A DNA stretch of 64,000 nucleotides. It comes from Candidatus Ventrimonas merdavium. Lineage in GTDB: Bacteria > Bacillota > Clostridia > Lachnospirales > Lachnospiraceae. Every line of letters begins with the position of its first letter. The stretch's first letter is position 1. The DNA lies in assembly GCA_018715565.1 (NCBI GenBank), contig DVLJ01000236.1:48-64047 (forward strand), written 5' to 3'. This document shows, piece by piece, positions 54,391-63,926 of this stretch. The notes beneath the pieces are model-generated. The model had not been told where the DNA came from and did not search any database. It saw nothing but the letters and a program-made list of their open reading frames with translations. Position numbers and translations under genes: made by a program.

Positions 54391-55892
54391 CACACCTCTT
54401 GTCCTTCCTCCAGGGAGCGCTCCTGCTTTGGCTCCTCCCAGCAGCGGCTGGCCGCGAACATCCGCACCAGCCCGATATCCAGCTTCCGCTCCTTTTCCGC
54501 CATCTCCATCAAAACCTCCAGCGCCTGCTCCACCGGGATCCCCTTTTTGTAGGGCCGGTCTTTGGCGATCAGGGCTTCAAATACATCTAACAGGGTGATG
54601 ATCCGTACCTCCATGGGGATCTGATCCCCCCGGAGCCCTTTCGGATACCCGCTCCCATCCAGCATCTCGTGGTGGCCGGCCGCCCATTCCCGCACATGGG
54701 AATACTCTTTGGGAAATTCTACCTCCGCCAGGAAACGGTCCGTCAGCACCACATGGTCCTGCATGATCCGCCGCTCCTCTGCCGAGATCGTCCCCTTCCG
54801 GGTCTGCAGCGCGCCGCATTCCTCCTGGGTCAGCCATGGGAGCTCCCTGCCGGCTTCATCCGTAAACCGCTTCTCTCCCAGCTCCCGGACCTGGCCAGCC
54901 AGGTCGTCCGGCAGGAAGCCGATCCGGTTGACCGTATCCACCAGCTTCTGGGCCTGGGCCGTCTCTGTCTGGATCTGGCGCCAGGTTTCCTGATCAGACC
55001 GCCCTTCCAGATAGGCCAGTCTCGCCAGCAGACGGACCTCCTTCAGCCGCCCCTTCACCTCCGCGTACTGGACCGGGCTCAGCCGGGCGTTCTTGTTCAT
55101 GATCTCCAGGGGAGTCACGATCTTCCCGATGTCGTGGAGCCAGATGCTCATCAAAAGCTCCTCCCGGTGGGCTTTGGAGAACAGCACCCCCTTCCCGCTC
55201 CTTCTGGCCACCCGGTTCATATAAGTCAGGAACCGCTCGCCATATACCGCCATGTTCCGGGTATGGGACGCATTATAGGGCGTCCGGGCGTCGATGGCCG
55301 AGGAGGTCATGCGGACAAAGGACTGGATCAGCCCCTTGACCTCGCTGATATACCTGGAATTCTGGATCGTGATCGCCGCCTGGGAAGCCACCGATTCCAC
55401 GGCCAGCACCATCTCCTCGGAAAAACCGCAGACCGCCCCCGTCTCATCCATGGCGTTGATCAGCTGCAGGACTCCCAGCCGCTCTCCCGTCCGGTTCCAA
55501 AGAGGCGTTACCAGCAGCGATTTGGTATGATATCCCGTCATGGCGTCATAGCGGGCCGGGCCGGAAAAATCATACGTCTCACAGTTGCGCACGTCCTCTA
55601 CCAGGATCGTCCGCTTATCCAGCAGGGCCATGGCGCAGACATTGCGCCGGGTGAGGGGCACCGGCGGCAGGCCGCTCCCCTCCCAGTCCGCTCCCCTGCC
55701 GGGATCCATCGACTTATTCTTCATAAACTGGAACTTCAGATGCTCCCCCTCCAGCAGATACAGGGTCCCCGCATCACACCGGGTCAGCTCCATCACCTGC
55801 TCCAGGATCGTCTCCAACAGCTTGTTGAAATCCTTTTCCATAGACAGTGATACGCCGATCTCTAATATCTGCCGCATTTCTTCCTGTGTCAT
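54390..55892 (-). CDS. GAF-domain HD-GYP phosphodiesterase
   Basis: N-terminal GAF (LTRCDAGTLYLLEGEHLKF...LVTPLWN...GVLQLINA). HD-GYP core IWLHDIGKIV...HHEMLDGSGYPKGL. Start at the ATG at 55892. Confidence 0.85.
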   Translation of the reverse strand: MTQEEMRQILEIGVSLSMEKDFNKLLETILEQVMELTRCDAGTLYLLEGEHLKFQFMKNKSMDPGRGADWEGSGLPPVPLTRRNVCAMALLDKRTILVEDVRNCETYDFSGPARYDAMTGYHTKSLLVTPLWNRTGERLGVLQLINAMDETGAVCGFSEEMVLAVESVASQAAITIQNSRYISEVKGLIQSFVRMTSSAIDARTPYNASHTRNMAVYGERFLTYMNRVARRSGKGVLFSKAHREELLMSIWLHDIGKIVTPLEIMNKNARLSPVQYAEVKGRLKEVRLLARLAYLEGRSDQETWRQIQTETAQAQKLVDTVNRIGFLPDDLAGQVRELGEKRFTDEAGRELPWLTQEECGALQTRKGTISAEERRIMQDHVVLTDRFLAEVEFPKEYSHVREWAAGHHEMLDGSGYPKGLRGDQIPMEVRIITLLDVFEALIAKDRPYKKGIPVEQALEVLMEMAEKERKLDIGLVRMFAASRCWEEPKQERSLEEGQEV

Positions 55893-55958
55893 AGATGTAT
55901 CACCATCCCTTCCATTGCAACGTTCCCGCTCCTGTCTTAAGATCATCCGGCGGCTCCG

Positions 55959-56924
55959 TCACCGGGGGATGATCCATATTTTCTTCAAAAAATGGTCGCA
56001 GACATACAGATCCCCGTCCCGCACCATCAGCCCTCGGGGCTCCACCGGAAATGCTTCCATCCCCGGCTGATCCGCAGCTGCCAGTGTGGTCACAGTGCCT
56101 CCGGCGATCCTGCGCACCGCACTGTTGCCCGTATCCGCCACATACACCGTTCCATCCGGCGCCGCTGCCACGCCCTGGGGATTGGACATCTGGGCCTGCA
56201 TCGCGTCCCCATCAGCCATCCCCGCCGCACCGCTTCCCGCCAGCACGGAGACCGCGCCGTCTGTGATCGTCAGGATCCGGTTCGCCCCCGACTCCGCCAC
56301 ATACAGGACGCCGTCCTTCCAGCAAAGCCCGGTAGGCTCCGACAGCCCTGCCGCGTAAGTGGTGATCGTTCCCGTAGGCGTAAGCCGCCGGATGGCATTG
56401 TTGCCCGTATCTGCGATATAGAGGTTCCCTTCTCCGTCCGCCGCCAGCCCCGTGGGACGGCTGAAGGCAGCGTCTAACCCGTAACCGTCCGCCGAACCTC
56501 CCTGGATCGTCCCTGTAGCAGTCTGGATCTTATTATCGCCGCAGCGGATCAGACGCACCACGTTATTTTCCGTATCAGTCACCGCATATCCGTCCAGAAA
56601 TGGAGCGATCGCCCAGGGCTCCCGGAAAAATCCCTCGTTCAGAGCTCCGTCGTTGTATCCGCCGGACGGCTCTCCGTACAGATCCTGCACGCCGCCGTTT
56701 CCTGCATAAAGGGTGCTGGTCCTTCCGCTCACCTTCCAGACCACCTTGTTATAGGTATCCGTCACCAGAAACGAACCATCCTCCAGGGATACGATCCCGG
56801 AGGGGGCACAGATCACATCCATGGCGCTCTCTGCTGCCGCCGCCGGAAACGCCGCGGCCCCGGTCAGGCAGGCGGCCGTCAGCATCGCCGCAAGTCTTTT
56901 CCATCTCTGTTTTCCTGTTCTCAT
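55959..56924 (-). CDS. Secreted NHL-repeat beta-propeller protein
   Basis: Signal peptide ...TGAAAFPAAAAES. Six repeats of the type G.LYVADTGN.A.RR.. (for example LYIADTGNNAIRRL and VYVADTGNSAVRRI). Confidence 0.75.
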   Translation of the reverse strand: MRTGKQRWKRLAAMLTAACLTGAAAFPAAAAESAMDVICAPSGIVSLEDGSFLVTDTYNKVVWKVSGRTSTLYAGNGGVQDLYGEPSGGYNDGALNEGFFREPWAIAPFLDGYAVTDTENNVVRLIRCGDNKIQTATGTIQGGSADGYGLDAAFSRPTGLAADGEGNLYIADTGNNAIRRLTPTGTITTYAAGLSEPTGLCWKDGVLYVAESGANRILTITDGAVSVLAGSGAAGMADGDAMQAQMSNPQGVAAAPDGTVYVADTGNSAVRRIAGGTVTTLAAADQPGMEAFPVEPRGLMVRDGDLYVCDHFLKKIWIIPR

Positions 56925-56928
56925 GCTG

Positions 56929-59900
56929 TTATGCCTCCGTTCCTTCCTGATCTATGGGGTCCTCGTCTTCCAGTCTCCGGCCGCCGTTCCCGGCGCCAGA
57001 ACCGCCGCTCCGGCTGTCATCCTGCCGCTGGTCTGAGCGGCCTGCGCCGGACGGTCTTTCTTCCGTCTTGGCAGCATTCGCCCCTAGGACTTGCCTGATG
57101 TCGGAGCCGGAGCCATCGGGCGTATCCGTCTGATCCAAGGTTTGCCCTGTCTTTGTCTTTTCTCGGTCCTGTGGATCCGATCCCTTCTGAAGAGCCAGGG
57201 GATCGCTCTGCCAGTTTGACGGGCTGGCCTTCTCCGCTCCTTCTCCCCTCTCATCCTCCTCCAGATCCCAGTTGGAGCCTGAAGCGACGGTCCAGTTGGA
57301 ATCCGAAGCCAGTTCCTCGTCCAGGATCAGGAAGCGGGCAGGGTTGATGCGAAGGTAATAGTAGCCGCCGTCCTGCTCGATGCGATAAACATCGTCATCC
57401 GGGTTGTACTGCTTCCTATTCAGCTGCAAGACGTTCTCGCTTTTGGCCTTGATGACCGTGCCCAGTTTATCTGCGGCAGGGAAATTCACACTGTCCACTT
57501 CTTCGCAGACCCAGTTGATCGCCGGCCCTTCTCCCTGTGAAGCGATCGTCCCGCCGCCTAACCGCAGAGTCATGCCGGCCGACTGGATATAGATCACTCC
57601 ATCCTCTGCTCTCTCAGACTGGATCAGACTTCCGCCTCCCTCCGGCTCCCATCCCTCCGCATACGGACTTAGATCGCCGTCCCAATCCATTGCCAGGGTC
57701 ATATGCCCCTTCACCAGATCCACGGCTTTCTGAGATTCCGCAGTGACCTCCGATCCTTCCAATGCCAAAACATCAAACGTACTGCCCTCAAATCGGAATA
57801 CCGCGTCTCTTATCTTGTCATTCTCCTGAGATCCTGCATCCATGGCTCTGACATCCGCATACGTTTCCGTATCCTCCCCGGAAAGCAGCGGCCACGGCCA
57901 ATCAGACGGCCACCACCACGGCGGCTCTGATCCTCCCTCATCTGCGCCTCCGCCTTCTGTCTCTCCAGGATCTTCGGATCCCCCGTCCCCATCTGCAGCC
58001 GTTACAACAACATCTGTCAGCGTGATGGTATTGTTTTGGGTTTTCGTCAATTCTGCGGCAGAGGACGCGGTCAGATCCAGCTTTGCGCTTTCCCAGCTGC
58101 AAGTATTCTCCTCAGAACCATCCAGGACCAGCACAACCGAATTCTGCAGGGCCAGCTCCGCACCGCTCATATTCACGGTATTGTGGTTGGAATTATTCTC
58201 CAAGCGCACCGCAATGGAATCCTTCAGGGTCATGACCGCGCCGTCCAGGGATATCTCATTCCCTTCCACAGCGCTGCCGCAGATCACCACGGAGCCTTGT
58301 TCCGCCTGCACATCCTGGCTATAGAATCCCGCCTGGTTCGCTCCTGTCCCGGAAAGCTCCACGCCCACTGCGCTCCCTGCCAGATACAGCTTCGACGCAT
58401 CTTCCCAGACTGCCTTTCCTCCATCCAGCAGCTGTACCGCCGCAGACTGATCAGCCGCCTGGACCGTGGTCCCATCGCCAAATGTCACGGCAGCTCCGCC
58501 TTTTGCCTGTACGCCGCAGACGCCGTTCCTGACGAAAAGCATGGTATCCTCCAGGACAACCTCTGTACTGGCGGAGTTTCCCTGGGCTGCTTCCGCTGTG
58601 ATCAGCGCGATACCGGTCCCACGTTCCGAGCCGCTCTCCATATCGACTTCCAGCGTACTGCCAGAGATGGACAGCTGGCTTCTGTCCCCGGCGCTGATCA
58701 GGCTGCCGCTGTCAGCTCCGTCTGCCGGAATACTTCCGCAAATATAGGAATTGGTGATCCCGCATATAGCCGTCTGACTATCCGCGGCGCTTGTCTCGAG
58801 CAGAGACATCCCCCCGTCTATCGTCAGACCGTCCAGAAGCAGGGTTCCATGATTTTCTAATCTTCCATCCGGATCGATCGTCAAAGTCCCAGGCTCTGCC
58901 CCATCCATCGCCTCAGGACCAGCGGATCCCTGGGCATGCTCCTGTCCCCCTGTGATCCTCAGGGCTCCGGTATCTGTTACCACCAGCGGACATTCCAGGG
59001 TCAGGGAATAGCCCCCCAGATCCAGACCGACCGGGTTCTCTGCCGTACCTGCGGACACCTGGCAATCCGGATCCGTTCCGCCGGACAAAGCCTCGATCAC
59101 TGCGTCCTCCTCCAGCACCACGGTCGTTCCTTTCTCTGCCTCGGACAGGGCAGTCCTCACGTCTGCGAAGATCTCCTCCAACCGGATCTTTCCATCCACG
59201 ATGCTGCAGCCCGGCAGGTTTGCGGAGGTGACATCCGTAGGAACGCCGCCCTGCACGATCGCAAGGGAAGAAGTGCTCTGCCCTGCAGGCAGATCGAACA
59301 GGCTGGCCGCGGAAGCCGCCTGAACGGTGGTGCCATCCAGATCCAGGGTGATCTTCCCTGCGGCTTCTCCTTCGATGGAGATCGCCGTTCCATTGCCGCC
59401 ATCGATACTGCCGCCATGCACCGTCACTTCTGCCGTGCTCCCTGCAGGCATGGACAGCGCCGCGCACGCCTCGCTCCCGATCAGCGCTCCCTGGGTCATG
59501 GTAAACTGGCCGCCGGATAAACGGGTCCCGCCATTGATCGCGCCGCCGGATACCGTCACCGCACCGGCCGTCTGCTCCAGGCCGGCTACCTCGCCAGTCC
59601 CCTCTACCGAAAACGTGCCGCCGGATACTGCCGCCCCCTGGGCTAAGGTGCCTCCGGTGACCGCAGCCGTTCCTGCCTTATGCTCCAGCTTCCGGCTGAC
59701 CGTTCCGCCCTGCACCTCCAGGGTCCCGGCCTGCTGGTCCAATTCCGGAAGCTCTCCGCCTGCAAGCACCAGTCTGGCGTTATCCCCGCTCTGGGTAATC
59801 AATCCTGACTGGCCGCCGTCTACGGTAAACGCGCCGCGGTTGGCCACCGCCGCACCGGTTCCATCCTCCCGCTGCAGGCTTCCTCCGTTCTCTACCGTTC

Positions 59901-61410
59901 CATCATTTTCCAGGGCATCGGTCACCACCAGGCTGCCGGTCTGGATGGTCAGAGTCCCGGTATTCTCCACCGTACCGGCGATGATCCGTCCGGTATTCTC
60001 GATGGTCCCGTCGTTGACAAACACGCCGCCCACCTGGAAGGTGTTCATACTGGTATTGGTGATGGTCCCGTGATTCTCCATATCTCCCGCCAGGTCCAGG
60101 GTCCCGTCGATCTGCAGGGTCTGCCCGGCGTTGACGTCCAGATGCACGCCGTCCTCCATGGTCAGCGTCCTTCCCTCCGGCACCGTTACCGGTACGTCGA
60201 TCTGCAGCGTGTTGTACGCAGCATCACCGGCTCCCGCCTTGATCACCACATCCTTCGTCTGAAGGAGGGCGTCCACCTCCGCCGCCGTCACCTGCATGGT
60301 CAGCTCTGCCGTGGTCTCGTCCGGCTCCTCCGGATCGGTGGGAACATCCGGCTCCTCTGGCGTATCCGGTTCCCCTGGCGTATCTGGTCCATCCGGCGTA
60401 TCTGGCTCTTCCGGCGTACCCGGCTCCTCCGGTGCGGAAGGCCCATCCGGTTCCGAGGGAGTTCCCTGGCTGCCGCCGGAGCTGCCGCCCGATCCGCTGC
60501 CGGAACCGCCCGATCCGCCGCTATGGCTGTCACTTCCCGCCGTCACAGAGTTTGATCCTTGATCCTGGAATACCGGATCCACCGTCACCTGGTTTGCCTG
60601 GTTCCGGATCTGCTCCTGGATCGCCGCCAGCTTATCGTGGAGCTCCTTCTGGTCTGCGGCCAGCTTCTCCCAGGCTCCGGCCGTGATCTGGCCCACATCC
60701 TGCCCGGAAGCGGCCGCGATCTTCTGCTGGAGGGCTTCATCCTCAGCTACCTCCACGCAGACAAAGCCCGGCACCTCAGACGCGTCAAACGTCCTCAGCA
60801 CCGCGCTGCACCGGCTTGCATGGCCGCTGCCATACACATAAAAATCGGCCATCTGGCCGCTCCCCACCGAGATCTGCCGGATCTGCCCCGTCACCGGATC
60901 GGACACCGCGCTCTGCACGGAGCCTTCCAGGATATAGACCTGGGTGTGCCCGCCGTCGATCACCTGCACCCATCCGGCTGTTCCCCGGATCCCGGTCACC
61001 ATGGTCGAGGTGCGGATATCTAAGGTCTCGTCTCCCTCCAAGGGCTCGGTCACATGGAAGAACAGGTTTCCTGACTTCAGCAGCAGTTCCAGCTTTTTGT
61101 CCTTCTTCCGGACCTCCGCCTCACTGACCGCATCCAGCTTGGTCAGCTTGGAATCATCCAATGAGATCCACGCATAGCTTGCTTCCTGTGTCGCCGCCTG
61201 ATAGCCGCTGTAAAGCTGCATATCCGCAAATACCGGGAGAGACCTCCCGTTCTGGTTCGTCACGCTTACCGTGCCTTCCGTCTTCGTCAGGCGCAGCGTG
61301 CTGGCTGACGCCGCGGCCTCCTCTCCCCTTGCCAGAGTCACATTGCTGCATACCATACACACCGATAAGATCACCGCTGCGATCTGTCTGTACCTTCTTC
61401 TTGCGTCCAC
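56929..61410 (-). CDS. 1493-aa secreted protein: FecR-like domain, GS/Pro-Glu linker, long Gly/Thr-rich beta-helix-type repeats, acidic tail
   Basis: GTG start with GGGGAA RBS and an N-terminal hydrophobic helix. FecR-like block EGTVSVTNQNG...LLLKSGNLFFHV...VTGIRGTAGWVQV. About 900 aa of degenerate G-T/S-V repeats resembling autotransporter passenger repeats. No LPXTG, SLH or C-terminal TM recognised. Confidence 0.75.
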   Translation of the reverse strand: MDARRRYRQIAAVILSVCMVCSNVTLARGEEAAASASTLRLTKTEGTVSVTNQNGRSLPVFADMQLYSGYQAATQEASYAWISLDDSKLTKLDAVSEAEVRKKDKKLELLLKSGNLFFHVTEPLEGDETLDIRTSTMVTGIRGTAGWVQVIDGGHTQVYILEGSVQSAVSDPVTGQIRQISVGSGQMADFYVYGSGHASRCSAVLRTFDASEVPGFVCVEVAEDEALQQKIAAASGQDVGQITAGAWEKLAADQKELHDKLAAIQEQIRNQANQVTVDPVFQDQGSNSVTAGSDSHSGGSGGSGSGSGGSSGGSQGTPSEPDGPSAPEEPGTPEEPDTPDGPDTPGEPDTPEEPDVPTDPEEPDETTAELTMQVTAAEVDALLQTKDVVIKAGAGDAAYNTLQIDVPVTVPEGRTLTMEDGVHLDVNAGQTLQIDGTLDLAGDMENHGTITNTSMNTFQVGGVFVNDGTIENTGRIIAGTVENTGTLTIQTGSLVVTDALENDGTVENGGSLQREDGTGAAVANRGAFTVDGGQSGLITQSGDNARLVLAGGELPELDQQAGTLEVQGGTVSRKLEHKAGTAAVTGGTLAQGAAVSGGTFSVEGTGEVAGLEQTAGAVTVSGGAINGGTRLSGGQFTMTQGALIGSEACAALSMPAGSTAEVTVHGGSIDGGNGTAISIEGEAAGKITLDLDGTTVQAASAASLFDLPAGQSTSSLAIVQGGVPTDVTSANLPGCSIVDGKIRLEEIFADVRTALSEAEKGTTVVLEEDAVIEALSGGTDPDCQVSAGTAENPVGLDLGGYSLTLECPLVVTDTGALRITGGQEHAQGSAGPEAMDGAEPGTLTIDPDGRLENHGTLLLDGLTIDGGMSLLETSAADSQTAICGITNSYICGSIPADGADSGSLISAGDRSQLSISGSTLEVDMESGSERGTGIALITAEAAQGNSASTEVVLEDTMLFVRNGVCGVQAKGGAAVTFGDGTTVQAADQSAAVQLLDGGKAVWEDASKLYLAGSAVGVELSGTGANQAGFYSQDVQAEQGSVVICGSAVEGNEISLDGAVMTLKDSIAVRLENNSNHNTVNMSGAELALQNSVVLVLDGSEENTCSWESAKLDLTASSAAELTKTQNNTITLTDVVVTAADGDGGSEDPGETEGGGADEGGSEPPWWWPSDWPWPLLSGEDTETYADVRAMDAGSQENDKIRDAVFRFEGSTFDVLALEGSEVTAESQKAVDLVKGHMTLAMDWDGDLSPYAEGWEPEGGGSLIQSERAEDGVIYIQSAGMTLRLGGGTIASQGEGPAINWVCEEVDSVNFPAADKLGTVIKAKSENVLQLNRKQYNPDDDVYRIEQDGGYYYLRINPARFLILDEELASDSNWTVASGSNWDLEEDERGEGAEKASPSNWQSDPLALQKGSDPQDREKTKTGQTLDQTDTPDGSGSDIRQVLGANAAKTEERPSGAGRSDQRQDDSRSGGSGAGNGGRRLEDEDPIDQEGTEA
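60359..60430. repeat. In-frame 18-bp tandem repeat (4 units) encoding the Pro/Glu/Asp linker of the giant protein
   Basis: GGCGTA recurs at 60359, 60377, 60395 and 60413. It encodes EEPGTP-EEPDTP-DGPDTP-GEPDTP. Confidence 0.7.
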
Positions 61411-61482
61411 TGCAGATTCCCCGCCTTTTCCTGTTTTGTAAAATGATGATTGTCTCTATTTCCCAACAATACGCTGATGGTC

Positions 61483-61491
61483 ATTATAACA
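61483..61491 (-). promoter_or_regulatory. Candidate extended -10 promoter of the FecR/NHL/HD-GYP/cyclase operon
   Basis: On the minus strand: TGtTATAAT in an AT-rich spacer about 70 nt upstream of the GTG start. The -35 is weak. Confidence 0.35.
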
Positions 61492-61791
61492 TAAAAAAAA
61501 TGTGCAGAAAAGGTCTAATACTTTCGACTTTTCTAAAATCAGGAAGATATTTTACGGAAATCTGGCATTTTATCGACCTGCTCCAATTATGGAGCATCCA
61601 TCCGGCCGGACCTGCCAGAAAACGGCAGGAAAAATGCCGCTGGAAACGGCACTGGAAACGGCGCTGCCAAGGGACTCTGCCAAACGGCGCCGGCCCTGTT
61701 CCGGAAGCCGTTTCCCAAATGAACAGCCTTATGCTATACTGATAGGCAGAACCGGATCTCGTTTATTATCTCAAAGGAAGGAGCATCATTT

Positions 61792-62703
61792 ATGAACATC
61801 GTCATCATCGGCGCCGGCGCCATGGGTTCCATCTACGGCGGGCGTCTGTCCCAGCATAACCAGGTCTGTCTGATCGATACCAACGAAGCCATTGTCCGTC
61901 AGATCCGCACCCACGGCCTGATCCTCCAGGAGAACGGCGCGGAGCACACCTATTATCCTGACGCCCGCACCTCTGCGGCAGGCATGCCTCCGGCGGATCT
62001 GGTCATCCTGTTCGTGAAAGCCCTCTATTCCCGCCAGGCCCTTACCGCCGCCCGGGAGCTGATCGGCCCCCGCACCTATCTCATGACCCTGCAGAACGGC
62101 GCCGGCCACGAAGATCTCCTGGCCGAGTTCGCGCCCAGGGATCATATCATCATCGGGACCACGGAGGACAACGGAGCCGTGCTGGCTCCCGGTCATGTCC
62201 GCCGGGGCGGCACAGGCAAGACCAACATCGGCATGCTGACCCAGGACGCTTCCGGGTTCCTAAGGACCCTCAAGGATACGCTGGACGCCTGCGGGTTCCA
62301 GGGCTGCATCCACGAGAACATCCGCCAGCTCATCTGGAACAAGCTCTTTACCAACGCCTCCCTAAGCGCCCTGACCGGCGTGCTCCAGGTCCCCATGGGC
62401 TATATCGCAGGCAATCCCCACGCCTGGACCGTTGCCCGCAGGCTGATCCGGGAAGCGGTGGAGGTCGCCCACGCCCTTGGGCTGGAAGCAGACGAAGAAG
62501 CAGTCACCGAGATGGTCCGCCAGAACTCTGTAAATTCTCCGGAAGGGATCACCTCGATCTGCGCCGATCTCCGGGACGGCCGCCGGACGGAGGTGGGTAC
62601 GATCAGCGGCTCCGTTGTCCGCGCCGCCAAGGCATGCGGCGTACCGGCTCCCACCCACGAGCTCATGGTGGAACTGATCCGCGCCCTGGAAGAGCGCCCC
62701 TGA
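61792..62703 (+). CDS. panE: 2-dehydropantoate 2-reductase (ketopantoate reductase, ApbA/PanE)
   Basis: MNIVIIGAGAMGSIYGG Rossmann fold, IWNKLFTNASLSALT lysine motif and the ApbA_C pattern. AAGGAAGGAG RBS. Confidence 0.85.
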   Translation: MNIVIIGAGAMGSIYGGRLSQHNQVCLIDTNEAIVRQIRTHGLILQENGAEHTYYPDARTSAAGMPPADLVILFVKALYSRQALTAARELIGPRTYLMTLQNGAGHEDLLAEFAPRDHIIIGTTEDNGAVLAPGHVRRGGTGKTNIGMLTQDASGFLRTLKDTLDACGFQGCIHENIRQLIWNKLFTNASLSALTGVLQVPMGYIAGNPHAWTVARRLIREAVEVAHALGLEADEEAVTEMVRQNSVNSPEGITSICADLRDGRRTEVGTISGSVVRAAKACGVPAPTHELMVELIRALEERP

Positions 62704-62739
62704 CCCCATTTTCCCGATTTTCCTTCGATTCTTATCCTC

Positions 62740-62783
62740 AGCCGGGGATTTGCCGGATTTTCCGCCGCCCCGGCTTTCTTTCC
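62740..62783 (+). terminator. Candidate terminator after panE
   Basis: AGCCGGGG, 20-nt loop, CCCCGGCT, followed by TTCTTTCC. Confidence 0.4.
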
Positions 62784-62805
62784 GAAAGTTTTCCCTGAAA
62801 AATAC

Positions 62806-62834
62806 TTGTGATTTTCAAGTAATAATGCTATCAT
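62806..62834 (+). promoter_or_regulatory. Candidate sigmaA promoter of asnA
   Basis: TTGTGA, 17-nt spacer, TATCAT. Confidence 0.35.
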
Positions 62835-62916
62835 GACAGGTATTATATGGAATGAGGGCTGTTTTCCGGCGCCGTCCGGACCGGACAGTCAAATCGATGA
62901 TTGTGAGGGAATGAAT

Positions 62917-63924
62917 ATGGCACTGATCATACCGAAGAACTATAACCCCCATCTTACCGTCCGCCAGACGCAGGAGGCGATCAAGTATATCCGCGACACC
63001 TTCCAGCGGGAGCTGGGCCGGGAGATGAACCTGGAGCGGATCTCCGCCCCTCTGTTTGTAGAGAAGTCCAGCGGTCTGAACGACGACTTGAACGGCGTGG
63101 AGCGCCCGGTGCAGTTCGACATCGCCTCCATCCCCGGAGATACCGTAGAGGTAGTGCACTCCCTGGCCAAGTGGAAACGGATGGCCTTAAAGAAATACGG
63201 CTTCAAGCCCGGCGAGGGCCTTTATACCAACATGAACGCGATCCGGCGGGATGAGGTCTTAGATAATCTCCACTCCTGCTATGTGGACCAGTGGGACTGG
63301 GAAAAGGTGATCACCAAGGAGGAGCGGACCGTAGAGACCCTTCAGGAGACGGTGCAGACCATCTTCAAAGTGATCAAGCACATGCAGCACGAGGTCTGGT
63401 ACAAATACCCGGACGCCGCCAAGCGCCTTCCCCACGACATCACCTTCGTCACCTCGGAGGAGCTGGAGGAACGCTGGCCGGATAAGACTCCCAAGGAGCG
63501 GGAGAACCTGATCACCCAGGAGCACGGCTGCGTCTTCCTGATGAAGATCGGAGATAAGCTAAAGAGCGGCGAGCCCCATGACGGCCGGGCCCCGGACTAC
63601 GACGACTGGCAGCTGAACGGCGATATCCTGTTCTGGTATGAGCAGCTGGGCTGCGCTCTGGAGATCTCCAGCATGGGCATCCGGGTAGACGAGGTCTCCC
63701 TGGCGGAGCAGTTAAAGAAGGCCGGCTGCGAGGAGCGGCGGAACCTGCCCTACCACCAGATGCTCCTGAACGGCGAGCTTCCCTACACCATCGGCGGCGG
63801 CATCGGCCAGTCCCGCCTGTGCATGCTCCTTCTGGACCGTGCCCACGTAGGCGAGGTCCAGGCAAGCATCTGGCCGGAGGAGATGCGCAGGACCTGCGAA
63901 GAGCACGGGATCCATCTGCTGTGA
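62917..63924 (+). CDS. asnA: Aspartate--ammonia ligase (asparagine synthetase A)
   Basis: Collinear with AsnA: [22 protein letters not shown]...ERISAPLFV...DQWDWEKVI...[11 protein letters not shown]...[17 protein letters not shown] at 62917 lies 6 nt after GAGGGA. Confidence 0.9.
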   Translation: MALIIPKNYNPHLTVRQTQEAIKYIRDTFQRELGREMNLERISAPLFVEKSSGLNDDLNGVERPVQFDIASIPGDTVEVVHSLAKWKRMALKKYGFKPGEGLYTNMNAIRRDEVLDNLHSCYVDQWDWEKVITKEERTVETLQETVQTIFKVIKHMQHEVWYKYPDAAKRLPHDITFVTSEELEERWPDKTPKERENLITQEHGCVFLMKIGDKLKSGEPHDGRAPDYDDWQLNGDILFWYEQLGCALEISSMGIRVDEVSLAEQLKKAGCEERRNLPYHQMLLNGELPYTIGGGIGQSRLCMLLLDRAHVGEVQASIWPEEMRRTCEEHGIHLL

Positions 63925-63926
63925 TG

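Noticed and set aside
54669-55850. 393-aa plus-strand ORF antisense to the GAF/HD-GYP gene
   Set aside because: It is a shadow ORF. The minus-strand frame carries the HD-GYP and GAF signatures.
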